This document shows positions 28,701 through 42,721 of a DNA stretch of 64,000 nt, piece after piece. The DNA lies in contig NC_042998.1 in the NCBI RefSeq assembly GCF_006345805.1, positions 54,126,001 through 54,190,000 on the forward strand, in the 5' to 3' direction. Below the pieces are notes generated by a model. The model searched no databases and was not told the DNA's origin. It saw only the letters and a list, made by a program, of their open reading frames with translations. Origin of the DNA: Octopus sinensis (taxonomy: Eukaryota). Position 1 is the stretch's first letter; each line of letters opens with the position of its first letter. The position numbers and the translations under genes were made by a program.

Positions 28701-31700
28701 AATTATATAAGTATATGAGAAAATGAACATGATGAACACAAAGATGCAGATACAAACCTCTTCAAAGAAAACGCTAGCAACAAAAACAACAACAATATGT
28801 GTATACACACAATTCAGCAACTTGATTAAAAAAGATCGACTTTCTGATACATTACTTATTATATATTAGAAAAGGGCAACAAGGTGGCAGAATCGTTAGC
28901 ACATCAGGCAAAATGCTTAGCAGCATTTCGTCAGTCTTTAAGTTCAAATTCTGCTGAGGTCAGTATTGTCTTTCACGTTTCTGGAGTCAATAAAATAAGT
29001 ACCAGCTGAACACTGGGGGTCAATGTAAATCAACTTACCCATTGCTGGTCTTGCACCAAAATTTGTAAACATCATACATTAAAAAAGCATGAAACCCAAA
29101 TAATTGTGGTATGCAAGTTTTTCTATCATCAGGACTGATGGAAACTTTGATGTCAGTCATGAAAGTAGCTAACTCCATATTTAATTACTAAACATCAAAA
29201 CCTACTTCAAAACAATGACAGCAATGCCATCACCACTGCTGTCATCATCACTGTTTAGTGTCTGTCTTCCATGCTGGCATGAATCCTACAGTTTGACTGA
29301 ACAAATCAACTCCAGGACTTATTCATTGTAAATCTAGTACTTATTTTGTTGGTCTCTTTTGCATGATGTTGTGAGTCAAATGCTCAGATGGGAACTAACA
29401 TATGGAAAGCAACTTAGGAGTTGGCTTACCAGAACCATTTATCAACCATCTGGTTGAAGACTCAGATCTACCAAAGGACTAATTACTGGTTGTTAGAACT
29501 CAACAGACTAATAACATGTGGTATACATAAGCTGGGCTGTGAGGCATGCATTCACAGCTATCTTTCCATCTGAACTCTCATATAAAGAGTAACATGCCTG
29601 TATGTACACTGTTGATTTTCTGGAACCCTCTGATCCAAAACCTTTCTGGTTTATCAGTTTTTCGACCAAAAGAAGCACCATAATAATTCCAAAACAAACC
29701 TCTGAGCAAAGAACCACATACCTCCCATATCTTTAAAGAGATACCTCCATATCATGCATTGAAACAAATATTAAATGATTAAATGAAATACATGAGTATA
29801 CCTGTTACAAGTTTATTAATGTTGTCTGTATCGATGAAACAACGTTATAATTAGCTTTATTCAATGCAAATTTAATATCACATAATTAAAGAAAGTACAA
29901 GACAATATAGAGCTAACCACAAATATCTGGCCGTTGAAAGCTACGTAAAGTTGTCACCACTACCTCCCCCATGATTAACCTCCTAGAATACAAATTACTC
30001 TATCAAATGTAATGCTTATTTATTCATGTTGTTTTGAATTAATCATGCATTATTATCACATAGCTTCGAGATTTTGATGATATGATAATTTATTTTGAGA
30101 ATGATGTAGTCTGGATCTGGACAGTCAGAATACTTTTGCCGGATGTGGTCATTTTAAATGCTAAAGGGCTAACCTTCACTGTGCTGATTCAATTTGTGCT
30201 GGTGATGTAAAATGCTAGCCATATGCACATCAGTTCTGCCAAACACTTTCTATTGGCTAGTAAAAGTAATGTGTGTACAACATCATATGAAATGAGGAGA
30301 GTTTCCAAACATACCCCACTATCAAAAACAAGTTAACTTGGTTACTATGTTTCAAAAACACATGCATAGAACCGGTTATATTTAGTTCTACTTTGTTCCT
30401 GGGTGTAGGTGTCTATGAACAGAGGGTGTACCTTTCGTGTCTGGCAGCTGCACTTTGCCTGAGATGGTCAGGTGGACAGGCATCACTGGTCCTCATTCAA
30501 TTCCTAATCACTCACTTGATGACTCCTAGTGCCATACCTAAGTAACCTACTTCATCTAAACTAAGTGAGAGGATGGTATTAACACTGCACCAGTCAGTGA
30601 AAGACTCCAGGTAAGGCTCCTCAAGGAGTCACTGCCTAGAGAAGTGGAACTTGCTCATGTCAACAACCTAGTTTTTGGGGTAAAAGCATATTTCAGGTAG
30701 AGGCACATGGCTGTGGCTAACAGCTTGGGGATGAATGGGCACCACCAAGCTAATTTGTCCATGGCATAGTCATGATGATGACCAGGCCACGACCCACACC
30801 AGATCAGTGGTTGTCAGTTTAACATCAAAGGGTAGACTGCCCTCAGTTTCACTGACTTATAGAGAGCAAAATCTGGATGCAATGTCATCACTGTATGCCC
30901 TAATGACCACATGGTCAAGGGATAAGGAGAAAAGGGAATCGGCCATATCCAGCCCAAATATTCTATCTGCTCATACTGGCTTGATCCAGCCTCTTACATC
31001 TACTGGACAATGTCATTCTAAAAACAAACAATCACTTGATCAAAATCTTGAAGCTATGCGATAATCTACAATAATAAACATGAAATTCTGATTGTCCATC
31101 TGGGATCCCTGTATTTCAGACTACATTTGCTCTACATAGATATATAATACCTTTCTGGAATTAGGATGATCCCTGGATTGAAAATCTACCTTTCATTTGG
31201 TTCTTGAATATTCAGCATTGGGATCAGATCTGGATGAGAATTTGTTATATGCTAACAGTTGAAAATTCAAATTTTAAAAGAATTCTTAAAATTTGTGATC
31301 TTACAAGTTTTTCTTTTAAACTGAATTCAAAATAATACCCTATTGGTAGAGTACCAATAGATGGTTTATTATTATTGCTCTCTTCAGTTTCTGGGTCACA
31401 GGCCCAATTATCCCTCAACAGGAGACAGCTTAAAAGTCCACATGGAGTGCTGCTCTTAAGATAGTGCAAAATGAATTCAAAAGAATCTGGATAAACAAGC
31501 ATTACATTTGACAGAATAATCTGAATGCAAAAGGGATAAATCATTTGTCACATGGTGGACTCTTCTTTGTTTAAAGCCATTTACTTTCATTGACATGTTT
31601 CCTAATATTAGTCACCATGCTGTCTCTCTATCATAAACACACATTTGTCTCCACTCTATATAGTTTTCTCTTCCTTTTCTCCTTTCAGCCATCTTGATGA

Positions 31701-32135
31701 AAACCATCAGCTCGAAATGTCAATATCATTCTTTTCCTTTCGAAGCGCAATACATTTGTACACCAATTCATCATTTATCCATTTTCTTTATTTCCCATAA
31801 TTTACTTAAGAATGTGTCAAGCAATATACTCTGGCTCATGATGGATAATAACTAGCTCAGAACAGACCAAGACAAGCAATGAGATTTCAATCTTGCTTTG
31901 AAATCAACTCATTTCAGTTATGTAACTAATAGCTTTCAAAAAGCAAGACTGCCTTGTGCCCTATTTCCTTCTTCCTTTAGATACAGGGCCTTTGTGCCTT
32001 CTTGAAAAAGAAACCAATATATTTCAACACAATAAATGAAAGAAAAAGTTTATGTAAATCAAAAATGGTTATGTATTTACAGTATAGAAGTAAATCGCAA
32101 TTTAGATACCCTTCGCTTCTTTCTTTTCTCTTCCT

Positions 32136-32142
32136 CTGTGTA

Positions 32143-32180
<38 letters not shown>

Positions 32181-32336
32181 CACATATATACATGCAGACA
32201 CACACATATATATGCACATATACATACATATGTATGCATCTACATATACATATATATATATATGTGTGTGTGCATATATATATATATATACACACACACA
32301 CATATAGATATACATCTACATGTACATATACACATG

Positions 32337-32367
<31 letters not shown>

Positions 32368-32490
32368 GTATACATCTACATATACATTTACACATATATA
32401 TACACGTATGCATACACATATATACATACACATATACACACACGCACATATATATATATATATAAACACATGCATTTATACAAATATATG

Positions 32491-32570
<80 letters not shown>

Positions 32571-32583
32571 CACACACACACAC

Positions 32584-32628
<45 letters not shown>

Positions 32629-32660
32629 GTGTGTATACACATACATACACATATATATAT
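32136..32660. repeat. Long compound (GT)/(AT)/(AC) microsatellite
   Basis: Directly visible. Confidence 0.95.
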
Positions 32661-33009
32661 AAATAATCAGAAATATAGTTAGCATAATAGTTGAAAGGAA
32701 GCTTTTAAAAGATGAGTTGAAAAGATGAGTTCAGGCATAAAAAGCTAAAATATTGCAGCTCTGAATTCATGGTAACCAATAACCCAGCACCTTTAGCAAA
32801 GCTGACATCATGTCTTTTCACTGTATATACATTTTCAGGAAAACCATTTCATTTCAAATTAAATAGCTTGCAATGAGAAAAATCAGATTTTACTCCCAGT
32901 GAATACTTTTGAAATCATTTTGTAAAAATCCACTTTATCTTTTATGTCTCTAGAAACAAATACAATGAATGGAAAAAAGAAGAGAATAAAAAGCCTTATT
33001 GCAACTTAC

Positions 33010-33116
33010 CTTGATTGACATTTTGCTGTTTACTTCTGCTTGAATTGTCAAAAGTAACAACTTTTCTATCATTGGTCATTTGGATTTCTTGTCCCTGCGT
33101 CAGAGGAGTATAGTTA
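33010..33116 (-). CDS. KATNIP: KATNIP/KIAA0556 next coding exon, phase 2 to 1
   Basis: Acceptor ttttcaaaatatttccag| and donor AAG|gtaagt. 107 nt. AG+T completes Ser in phase with the 56616 exon, giving NYTPLTQGQEIQMTNDRKVVTFDNSSRSKQQNVNQ, which aligns positionally with recalled human NQAEDQDVQMMNENQIIT...KQSVVDP. Confidence 0.85.
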
Positions 33117-33339
33117 CTGGAAATATTTTGAAAATGAAAATAATTTAACGACCAGAGTCTAAAAGATTTGAATAATTAATCAGAAATATAGTAGATGAAG
33201 AAATTGAATACAGCACAAATATTAAATACTTAAAAAGTGTTTAATATTTGCTGAGAAGCTACAACACCATTAAAACCGTGTATTATGTAAAGTGTCATAA
33301 ATATGTGTGTGTGTAAGTTTACATTAAGGAGTGGAACCT

Positions 33340-33600
33340 ACAATTACCTGTAAGTCACACTGCCTCATGGTCCCAGCAGACAAAATGGGAAATGCACTGC
33401 CCCAGAGGATGGTGAGGGAGATGCACTGGAACAGCCACAATGACTGATGGGGCTTGCACTCACAGACAGCTACCTCCACCCCAACAGCAGCAAGCAGGAA
33501 TATATGCCAGGAGCCAAGAGTGCCAAAGGTCTCCACTGCTACAGGCTCAACCATAAACCTGTCAGACCATGACTGATACTTTTTCCAATGGGATATTATT
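33340..33600 (-). pseudogene. CRE-like non-LTR retrotransposon C-terminal (restriction-like endonuclease) remnant
   Basis: VEPVAVETFGTLG...WLFQCISLTILWGSAFPIL matches the PxAVETxG...LFQRxSxxxxRGNAxxxL pattern. Confidence 0.6.
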
Positions 33601-35024
33601 TTACATAAGAATAACCATATGATATTCAAATTTCTAATAGGTGCTGCATTAGCATATGGTAGACCATATGCTGATGTGGCACCTACGAGAGTTTACATTT
33701 TAGTGTGCTGTTTAACCCTAAACCTGACCATAATCCTAACCCAGATCAGAGTAGACTAGGAATACTCTGGTAGACTACATGCTAAAGTAGCACCCTCTAG
33801 TGTTTTACTTTGCTCTAGGCAAGACATTAAACTGCATCTAATGGTGAAGTTCCAGCTCAAGAGGTCAGGAGTTTTGTGGGAGTGTGAAGTTCTCTCTTGG
33901 TCATCACTATTCTCTATCTGCTCTTGTGTGAGAAGGCCCCAGTTAGCAGTCAGATAGTAGGAAATAGCCCTGTGTCTAAGGTAACTAGGACTCCAAGGAG
34001 GGTTGATCCTAAGCAAGTGTTACACACTGGTCTTTGGACATGCCCTAATGTCACATTAATCAGTCCACAGCTTAAGGGATAAATAGACCCTGTGGCTAAA
34101 GGATAAGTTCAAGGGACAAGGATACCAGTAGAATAAACTGTTAAACTAAACCAGTGAAAGGTGCAATATCCTTCCAATAAAAATTCATGAATCTTCAGAC
34201 TTTGACATGTAGGTCTTTTATTAGCAATACTGTAAGACAAGCATGGTACATGTAGCGATAAGGAGAGTATTTAGTTATGGCATGCCACAATGCCTTGTAT
34301 CTCCCCAAAATATATACCTCTTAAGCTTATCACACATCAGATCAATTCTCATCAAACTCCACTCTCACCCTTTTTGGTTAGTCACCAACTTCATATATAA
34401 AATAATAAATAAATGTACCCTTTTAAAGCCTAGCCAGGCTCATGGGCCTGGTTTCCTGGTTTCAATGGTGTATGTGTTCCTCAGCTGGATGGGACGCTGG
34501 TCCATCATAGCGTTACTCATTTTTGCCAGCTGAGTCAACTGGAGCAATGTGAAATGAAGTACTTTGCTCAAGAACACAATGCGTCGCCCGGTCCAGGAAC
34601 CAAAACCACAATCTTATGATCATGATGTTGACACCCTAACCACTAAGCCATGCACCTCCACAACTTCATATATATTCTTTATAAAACCTTTTCCAAACTT
34701 CTGACAAGAAGATAAATCCATTTACTATCTCTGATATGAAAAATACTGTGCCTGCATCAAATAACAAGTTGACTGAAATATATGAAAAAAAACAATCATA
34801 AAATAAATATTATTCTAAGTGTGCCTGTGTGGTAAGAAGCTCACTTCCCAACCATTGTCTTGGGTCCAGTCCTGCTGAATAGCACCTTGGGTTAGTGTCT
34901 TCCATTATAGCCCCAGGCTGACCAAAGCCTTGTCAGTGGATTTTGTACATGGAAACTGAAAGAAACCCATCCTGTGTGTGTGTGTGTTCATTCCCACCAC
35001 CAATTGACTACTGGAGTTGGTTTG

Positions 35025-35415
35025 TTTGCTGGACTTGCCAGGGCCGCTGGACTGACTCCTGTGCAGGTGGCAAGTAAAGAAACACCGTTTCGACCCTGTG
35101 CCGGTGGCACGTAAAAAGCACCATCCGAATGTGACTGATACCAGTGCCGCCTTGACTGGCTTCCATGCCGGTGGCACATAGAAAGCACCAATCCAATCAT
35201 GGCTGTTGCCAGCCTCGCCTGGCACCCGTGCCGGTGGCACGTAAAAAGCACCCACTACACTCATGGAGTGGTTGGCGTTAGGAAGGGCATCCAGCTGTAA
35301 GAACACTGCCAGATCAGACTGGAGCTTGGTGCAGCCTCCTGGCTTCCCAGATCCCCGGTTGAACCGTCCAACCTATGCTAGCATGGAGAAAGGATGTTAA
35401 ACGATGATGATGATG
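35025..35415 (+). repeat. GC-rich interspersed repeat with internal tandem gccggtggcacgtaaaaagcacc units and (GAT)n tail
   Basis: Four internal sub-repeats. Other copies at about 18214-18545 and 38490-38755, plus many tail-only fragments. Confidence 0.75.
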
Positions 35416-36144
35416 ACTGTAACTTAGTTTGGCAACAAGAGACTTATAGAATAAGTGTCAGGCTTAAAAATAAGTACTGGGACCAAACTGTCTGACAAAA
35501 TCCTTCAAGGTAGTGCCCCAGTATAGCTGCAGCCCAAAGACTAATACAAATAAAAGGTGGAAGATATTTTAATCATAGAAGCAGTCAACCAACATTTTTC
35601 TGTTTTCCTTTTTCCCTTCAAGATATAAAAATATAAATGATAACTATTGTATACTAATCTAGGAATTTGTCGTCTTGAATACAAATTTTGTTTTAAACTA
35701 AACACTTTTATAGACATAGAGGTGACACACCTCAAGCAAAAACAATAACTTCTACTCATATTTTATCATACAAATTAAACAAAAATAGAAAAAATAATTG
35801 TAGGTATTTCAGAGTTTATGAAGAATAATGTCACCAAAATCAAAAATATTTTAATAACCTATTCCTCTGTTTATGTGGCATCATACTATGTTACATAACA
35901 GTGCCAAATACAGAACGACCAATATCTAGACAATTTAGTTTTCATTTAACAAGCTAACAATCTCATTACAAAAAAAGAAAACAAAACTGGAATTGCTTTC
36001 CCAATATTTAAAATTGAAAGTATCTACTCTATGAAAATTGAGAATGAAGATAATTCTTATGATAGTAGACATGATAAGACTGAAAAAGTAATATAGACAA
36101 TGATAAAAAAAAAGAAGTAGGAATAACAGAGTAACAATTATACA

Positions 36145-36191
<47 letters not shown>

Positions 36192-37678
36192 CAGAGACAA
36201 TACACAGGAGACCAGTTACATTTTGGTTAGCTTCCAGAAAAAAATAACATTGATGAAAATTCAGCAGTCTCAGTAAAAAGCTTGTGCTTTAAATAAATAT
36301 TATATAGGTATGGCTGTGTGGTAGGAAGCTTGCTTCCCAACCACATGGTTCTCGGTTCAGTCCCACTGCGTAGCACCTAGGGCAAGTGTCTTTTGCTATA
36401 GCCTCATGCCAACCAAAGCCTTGTGAGTGGATTTGGTATACACATACTTACACACACACAAACCCATGCATATATGCATATATATATATAGAAATATATA
36501 TTTATACTTATACATTTATACTTATCTATGATATGTTATACAGTATATACATACTTATAAGATTAAATATCTATAGCTAGTCAAATAAGTATTTTGCTAT
36601 TCAGCATTAATTTTTGAATATATTTAGTTGAGCACGTTAATATATGTTTATATGCATACATAGTTATTGACCGTGGTACAGATACACACATTTACAGGCA
36701 TATATATACATGTGTATAATCATGTGTGTGTGTACATCTCTCTCGCTCTCTCTCTATACACACACACATGCACACATTTTTATGCACATGCACTCACACA
36801 TGTACAAATACATAATCTATACAAGAATATAAATATCTTTCATGCAAACTATTTCTTTTTAAATACCATACAACAAAGATTTTACATACATAAACAAATA
36901 AATTTCAAACACACACACACACAAACACACACATATACACATGATGCTTACTCGATGAAAACACAAAAATCAAATGATTTCTAAGAAATGAATAGAAACA
37001 AAGCAAATAATAATAGCAAATAAATAAAAATGAGAAAAACCAAAATTGCAAGAGAAAGAGAAAATTATATAAAATTTTAACAGTCAACTGCTGTGGGATT
37101 TAATTTAAATATTTTGGGATGAACAGAGCCATAAAGAATTATGGTAACTGTAAACAAAACACTAAAAATATTGTTTTCATTTTTCTTATCAAACAAAATT
37201 TCACGAGGTTGGCTGTAGTTTGTGCATCTATTTATATATATTTACTTATCTATGGAAACAACTAAGAGAATGAGGAAGGTTGTGATGGTGAAGTGGACAG
37301 ATTGGAAAATATAATGGTAACTTCACAAGAGTTTATTGGAAGGAAATGGACAGTAGAGGGAGAGAGAAAAAAATAACAAAAAGAAATCAACCAAAAAAAA
37401 AAACAATGACTGTATGGTGTGTGTGTATGCTCATGTGTACATTTGCATGTATTTGTGTATGTGCATATATGAGGACTTCTGCGTGTGTATCTATTACGTG
37501 CAAGAATTTATGTACAAATGTGACATCAATGCATATAGATGCATGTGTATGTATGAACACACACATACTCACACACACACACATATATATATATATGAAT
37601 ATATATACACACACACACATTCACACGCATATACATATTTGTGCATATAATTACATATATAGATGTATGTATGTATGA

Positions 37679-37722
<44 letters not shown>

Positions 37723-38789
37723 CCAAGAAAATGGATAATGAAGTTCAGTTTTGAAAGAATATATCTTCACTTTGTTAGCTCAATATTTTTTGCTCCTTTT
37801 CATTATTTCAATTTTGCTATTGTTGATAAATTACTTTCAGAGAAGAAATTTTCTTTCTTTTCCTTTCTGCTTTGATTTTCTTTTTCTTTTTGTTAAAAAG
37901 AAAACTTTAGCTATCAACAAGACTGAATAAGTGAAACATGCAAGAACTTATATCTATGCTTTTTTTGTCGGCTTTTTCTTTCAAGTAATCTTGTTATTGT
38001 AACTACTAAGAAAAGCAAAGTGGGACTTGCACAGTAAATATAATCTCGGTTATTTTTACCTACAGTATATCAAAATCAATACTTTGAATTTGAATGCCAC
38101 ATCAGCTACAGCTTCAACATTCTTTGAATCTCATCTTTCTTTGACTAGCCATTTATTAAGATTTGCAGACAACAACCTGAACTCCTCACTAGGCTAATAT
38201 TTCTTTCAAGATTATTCAACACAAAGGGTTATCCAATTTCTTTCAGTGTCCAATAAACGAAAGTGATAATTGAAAGTCCTAAATAAAACAAACAGACATG
38301 GTGACTTTTAATTATTATTTGTCAATTCATTCTGAGTCGAAATTCTGCTAAGGTCGACTTTGCCTTTCATCCTTTTGAGGTTGACAAATTAAGTACCAGT
38401 TGCATACTGGGGTCGATTTAATTAACTGATCCTCTCCCCCAAAAGTTCAAGCCTTGTGCCTATAGTAGAAAGGATTATGATTATTAGTGCTGCTTGACTG
38501 GCTCCTGTGCAGGTGGCACATAAAAAAACAGCATTTGAACATGCCCGTTGCCAGTACCGCCTGACTGGCCCTTGTGCCGGTGGCATGTAAAAGCACTCAC
38601 TACACTCTCAGAGTGGTAGGTGTTAGGAAAGGCATCCAGCTGTAGAAACTCTGCTAGATCAGATTGGAGCCTGGTGCAGCCATCTGGTTCACCAGTCCTC
38701 AGTCAAATCATCCAACCCATGCCAGCATGGAAAGCAGATGTTAAACGATGATGATTATTAAGGCAATGAGCTGGCAGAATTGTTAGTAT

Positions 38790-39130
38790 CATTCTTCTGT
38801 CTGCATCACTCAGTCCCACTACAGTTTCAAAAGTCATCATTCCCTTGAATGCCTTTATCTAAGACAATCTCATCAACATTCTCTGCAACCACTTCATCTT
38901 CACTCATCACTCTCTTCTTAATCTCACCAAGTTCTAATGCTGTTAACCATCCATTCTTCCTTATCATTCTTACTTGGTCACACAATCTCCGTTTCATGAT
39001 ATTCAAGTCCTGCATCTCTATCCAGATGTCATGCCTCTTCTTTTCATATCCCCCTTATGGGGTTCCCTTCACCATCAAGAAGTTTGTTCAAAAAATTACA
39101 TTCCATGACAGCTAAATTTATTGCCTTTTT
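38790..39130 (-). pseudogene. R4/Dong-like non-LTR retrotransposon N-terminal remnant
   Basis: RRLCDQVRMIRKNGWLTALELGEIKKRV matches the QRLxDQxRxIxKxxWLxxxEL pattern. Confidence 0.6.
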
Positions 39131-39435
39131 ACTGAAATGTATATTTACCTGCTGTGAGTTGTGAGTTAATTTCCAGGCACGACTGTATTCCTTTATTCTT
39201 TTACTTGTCTCAGTCATTCAACTGCAGCCATGCTGGAGCACTGCCTTAAAGGGTTTTAGTTGAACAGATTGACCCTAGGACTTATTCTTTGTAAGCCTAG
39301 TGCTTATTCTATTGGTCTCTTTTGCCAAAGCGCTAAGTTACAGGGATGTAAACACACCAACACTAGTTATCAAATTAAGGTGGGGGACAAACACAGACAC
39401 AAAAATACACACACATAAATATATACATATATATA

Positions 39436-39672
39436 CAGGGTTGGCCAAAAGTCGCCCAGCAGTAAATCAAAATTCCATATAAATTTAATATTCAATTTTA
39501 TTTATTCATTCCAATTAAGAATGTTTAATAATTGAATGCTGGGAGTTAAAAATCATCATTCTTTTAAACATTTGTCTATTTATTAGCGAAGTCTCATTCA
39601 ATTGTTAAATGTAAATAAATTTTGCAATTAAATGGTTTTGATTTACTGTCAAATGACTTTTAGCTGACCCTG
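39436..39672. mobile_element. Tc1/mariner-type MITE
   Basis: ta|cagggttggccaaaagtc...cagtaaatcaaaa vs ttttgatttactg...gacttttagctgaccctg, imperfect TIRs of about 35 bp. Confidence 0.7.
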
Positions 39673-39693
39673 TGTGTGTGTGTGTGTGTGTGT

Positions 39694-39736
<43 letters not shown>

Positions 39737-39763
39737 ATGTATGTATGTATGTATGTATGTATG

Positions 39764-39794
<31 letters not shown>

Positions 39795-41078
39795 TATATA
39801 TATATGTATATGTATGTATACGATGGGGTTCTTTCAATTTCTGTCTACCAAATCCACTCATAAGGCATTGGTCAGCCTGAGGCTATAGTAGAAGACACTT
39901 GCCCAAGGTGCCACGCAGTTGGACTGAACGCAGGACTATGTGGTTGGGAAGCAAGCTTCTTACCACAGAACCACATAAACTACAAATTTATCTTTTCAAG
40001 AAACTATTTCTTGAAGATAAAAGAAATATAATTTCTTGAGGATGTATGTGCAAGGGAGAAATAAAGAGAAGCATCACAAGAAAGAATTTATCCTGAATGG
40101 AACTTAAACAAACAGCAATTCAATAGAAAATTACATTATTTTCCTAACTACCTGTACTTCATACTTTGTGAAATAAACGTTAAATATTTTCCATAAACTT
40201 TCAAAAGTGTTTATATCTTCTGAGGAGTAGTGCTGCTATATGTCTCCATGGAGACATTTATGAAGGAAATGAATATGAATAAATTCATGTAAGATGATGT
40301 TCACGATGAAGATGATGGCAACATTGATGAAGAGGAGGAGGAGGAGAGCAGGAGAGATGATGGTTCTGATGATGATTTTTCTGATAGCTATTTGATGTTT
40401 CATAGAACAGCATCGAGTGATCAGGCAACTAAATACATCGTTTGTGTTTCTATGTAGTCTATATTTCGATAGTTTTCCTTTGCTACAAACTCGTGAACTT
40501 TTATCATTTCACCAGATTTTATGATTCAATTATATACATATGTGTGTGCAAGTATGTGTATTCATGTATGCACAGACATACATACAAACATACATACATT
40601 CACACACACAGTCACAAATATATATATGCTCATGTGTGTTTACAAAACAAATACATAAAACCAAGAAATAGTAAAATTAAATCTTTAAAATATAGAAGTT
40701 CATAGAATAAAATGAAAGAAAGAAATAATCAACTAAGATTATAAAATAAGCATTTTGAATTGTAAAGACAATGCAGACACCTTGAGAGCAACAAAGACCT
40801 GATTTGAATGACATTAGTAGACCTATTCCTTGCTCACTTCACTCTAAACTTAGAACTTACATAGCATCTAATAGAAAAAAAAAAAGAAACATTTATGTAT
40901 CTTAAATAGGTGCAGACATAGAGTTTTGCGGTAAGAAGTTTGTTACCCAACCACATGGTCTCAGGTTCAGTCCTACCACATAGCATCTTGAGCAAGAGTC
41001 TTCTACTATATCCCTGGGCCAATCAAAGATGTGTGAATGGTTCTGGTAGACAGAAACTGAAAGAAGCCCATTGTGTAA

Positions 41079-41115
<37 letters not shown>

Positions 41116-41963
41116 GTGTGATGTGTTGCTTCATTTCATGTGATAGATGTAAATGAACATCATCATCATGCGAGGAGTGCCTGTTTTCAATCTTCCATGG
41201 TCAGCAGGAAATATTACTTCATTTGCAAACAGGCGAGGGTTGGTGACAGGTAGGGCATCCATATGTAGAAAATCTGCCTCAACAAATTCTGTCCAACCCA
41301 TGCAAGCATGGAAAAGTGAATATTAAAAAGCATAATGATGATGTCAATGATGATGACACCAATGATGAATCCATAGGCTTGATAGTTTTTGTACTCTCTC
41401 ACTATTTTTTTTTTTTTTGCATTTTTATGCTATCTGTTTCCCTAAATCACTAACTGTAAATAACAGTAAGCTCAGCACACAAAAGATGAAAATGTGAAGC
41501 CTTATAAATCTAAACAAGTTTTACAATTCTTTTATATTGTCCAGAAGTATGGTAATGATGGCAAAGAGTATACAGTATGCCTCTAGCAATTGATTGAGAC
41601 CTCTCTCGCAAGAAAAGATGTAGATATAAAAGAAAGTTCTTTATTTCAGTGTTAAGAATTGCTAGTTCAGTTCACAAATAATGCATTCAGCGAATGCAGA
41701 GCTCTTCTAATTTATGTGTTTCGATGGTGCATGTATGTAATGTGTAGCAATGTAACTGCAGGTGTGCCATTGGTGATTTCTTCTCCATCTTTGGACTTTT
41801 CTTTTTCTCCTTCCAGTGAAGAGCTACGCTCAAAATGTCGAACTCTTGCCTTTCAATGAGCATCAAGCTAATACATTTCCTGTGCACATTCTCATTTATG
41901 CTTTTTCATCTGAATTGACTATATATATATATATATAGTCAATTCAGATATATATTAGTATAT

Positions 41964-42001
<38 letters not shown>

Positions 42002-42493
42002 CTAATATAGGATGAAATTTTGTTCAGAAGAAAACTTCAACAAAAAGTGGCAGCATATTAAAATACCTTTAAAGGTTAATATTATAAACAACTTATAAAA
42101 CAAGGGCAAAAGAAAAATTATGTCCATGCCAATATGCTGATAACAGACTTTAAATCGTCAATTTCCACATATCATTATACACTCACTATAAATACACGTC
42201 ATACTGAAATCCCCAACTAAAACCCTTCAAGGTGGTGCTCTAGCATGGCCGCAATCTAATGACCAAGACAGTAAAAAAAAAAAAGATTTTACAGAGGATA
42301 ATTGATTTCCCTAACAGAGAATGAAGCATACATTTAAAATAATGCATCCCTTATACAACCTACGACACCACTCGAGGAGAATTTATTCACAAACATTAAC
42401 CTTTTACAGCTGTAATCCAGTCTTTGCATAAAGTAACCACATATACTTTTACATCCATTTTTCAAAGCTACCATGGCTCTTCTGTGTATATCT

Positions 42494-42721
42494 TTAACTC
42501 TTTAGCATTCAGATTTCTCTGTCAAATGCATTGCTTATTCATTCACATTGCTTTGAATTAATCATGAAATACCTTGTAGCTTTGAGATTTCAATGGTGTG
42601 TTAGTATATTTTTAGAATGACAATGTAGTGTAGTTATGAAAGGTTGGGTCTGGTCATTTTAAACATAAAACAGGTAGAATATTTGGGCTGGATATGGCCG
42701 GATTAAATGCTAAAGGGTTAA
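42494..42721. mobile_element. piggyBac-like TTAA MITE
   Basis: ttaa-ctctttagcatt ... aatgctaaaggg-ttaa. Related partial copies near 316-514, 29975-30172, 25850 and 31500-31540. Confidence 0.75.

Noticed and set aside
31245-31544. 99-aa minus ORF with apparent acceptor
   Set aside because: Its start coincides with the terminal sequence of the piggyBac-like MITE family, and it has no recognisable homology.
33050-33070. RKVVTF as a PP1-binding RVxF motif suggesting a protocadherin tail
   Set aside because: The exon joins in phase to a clear KATNIP exon, and such a short motif arises easily by chance.
35040-35255. Regularly spaced ~23-bp repeats resembling a CRISPR array
   Set aside because: Eukaryotic context, spacers are mutually similar, no cas genes, and it is part of a dispersed repeat family.
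38060-38278. AG...GT-bounded exon-like segment on minus
   Set aside because: Stops in all three frames, a modest donor and no homology.
41707-41829. Protein-looking minus frame ARVRHFERSSSLEGEKEKSKDGEEITNGTPAV...*
   Set aside because: Weak acceptor, phase incompatible with the preceding KATNIP exon, and it overlaps a decayed repeat whose pyrimidine tract explains the E/K bias.
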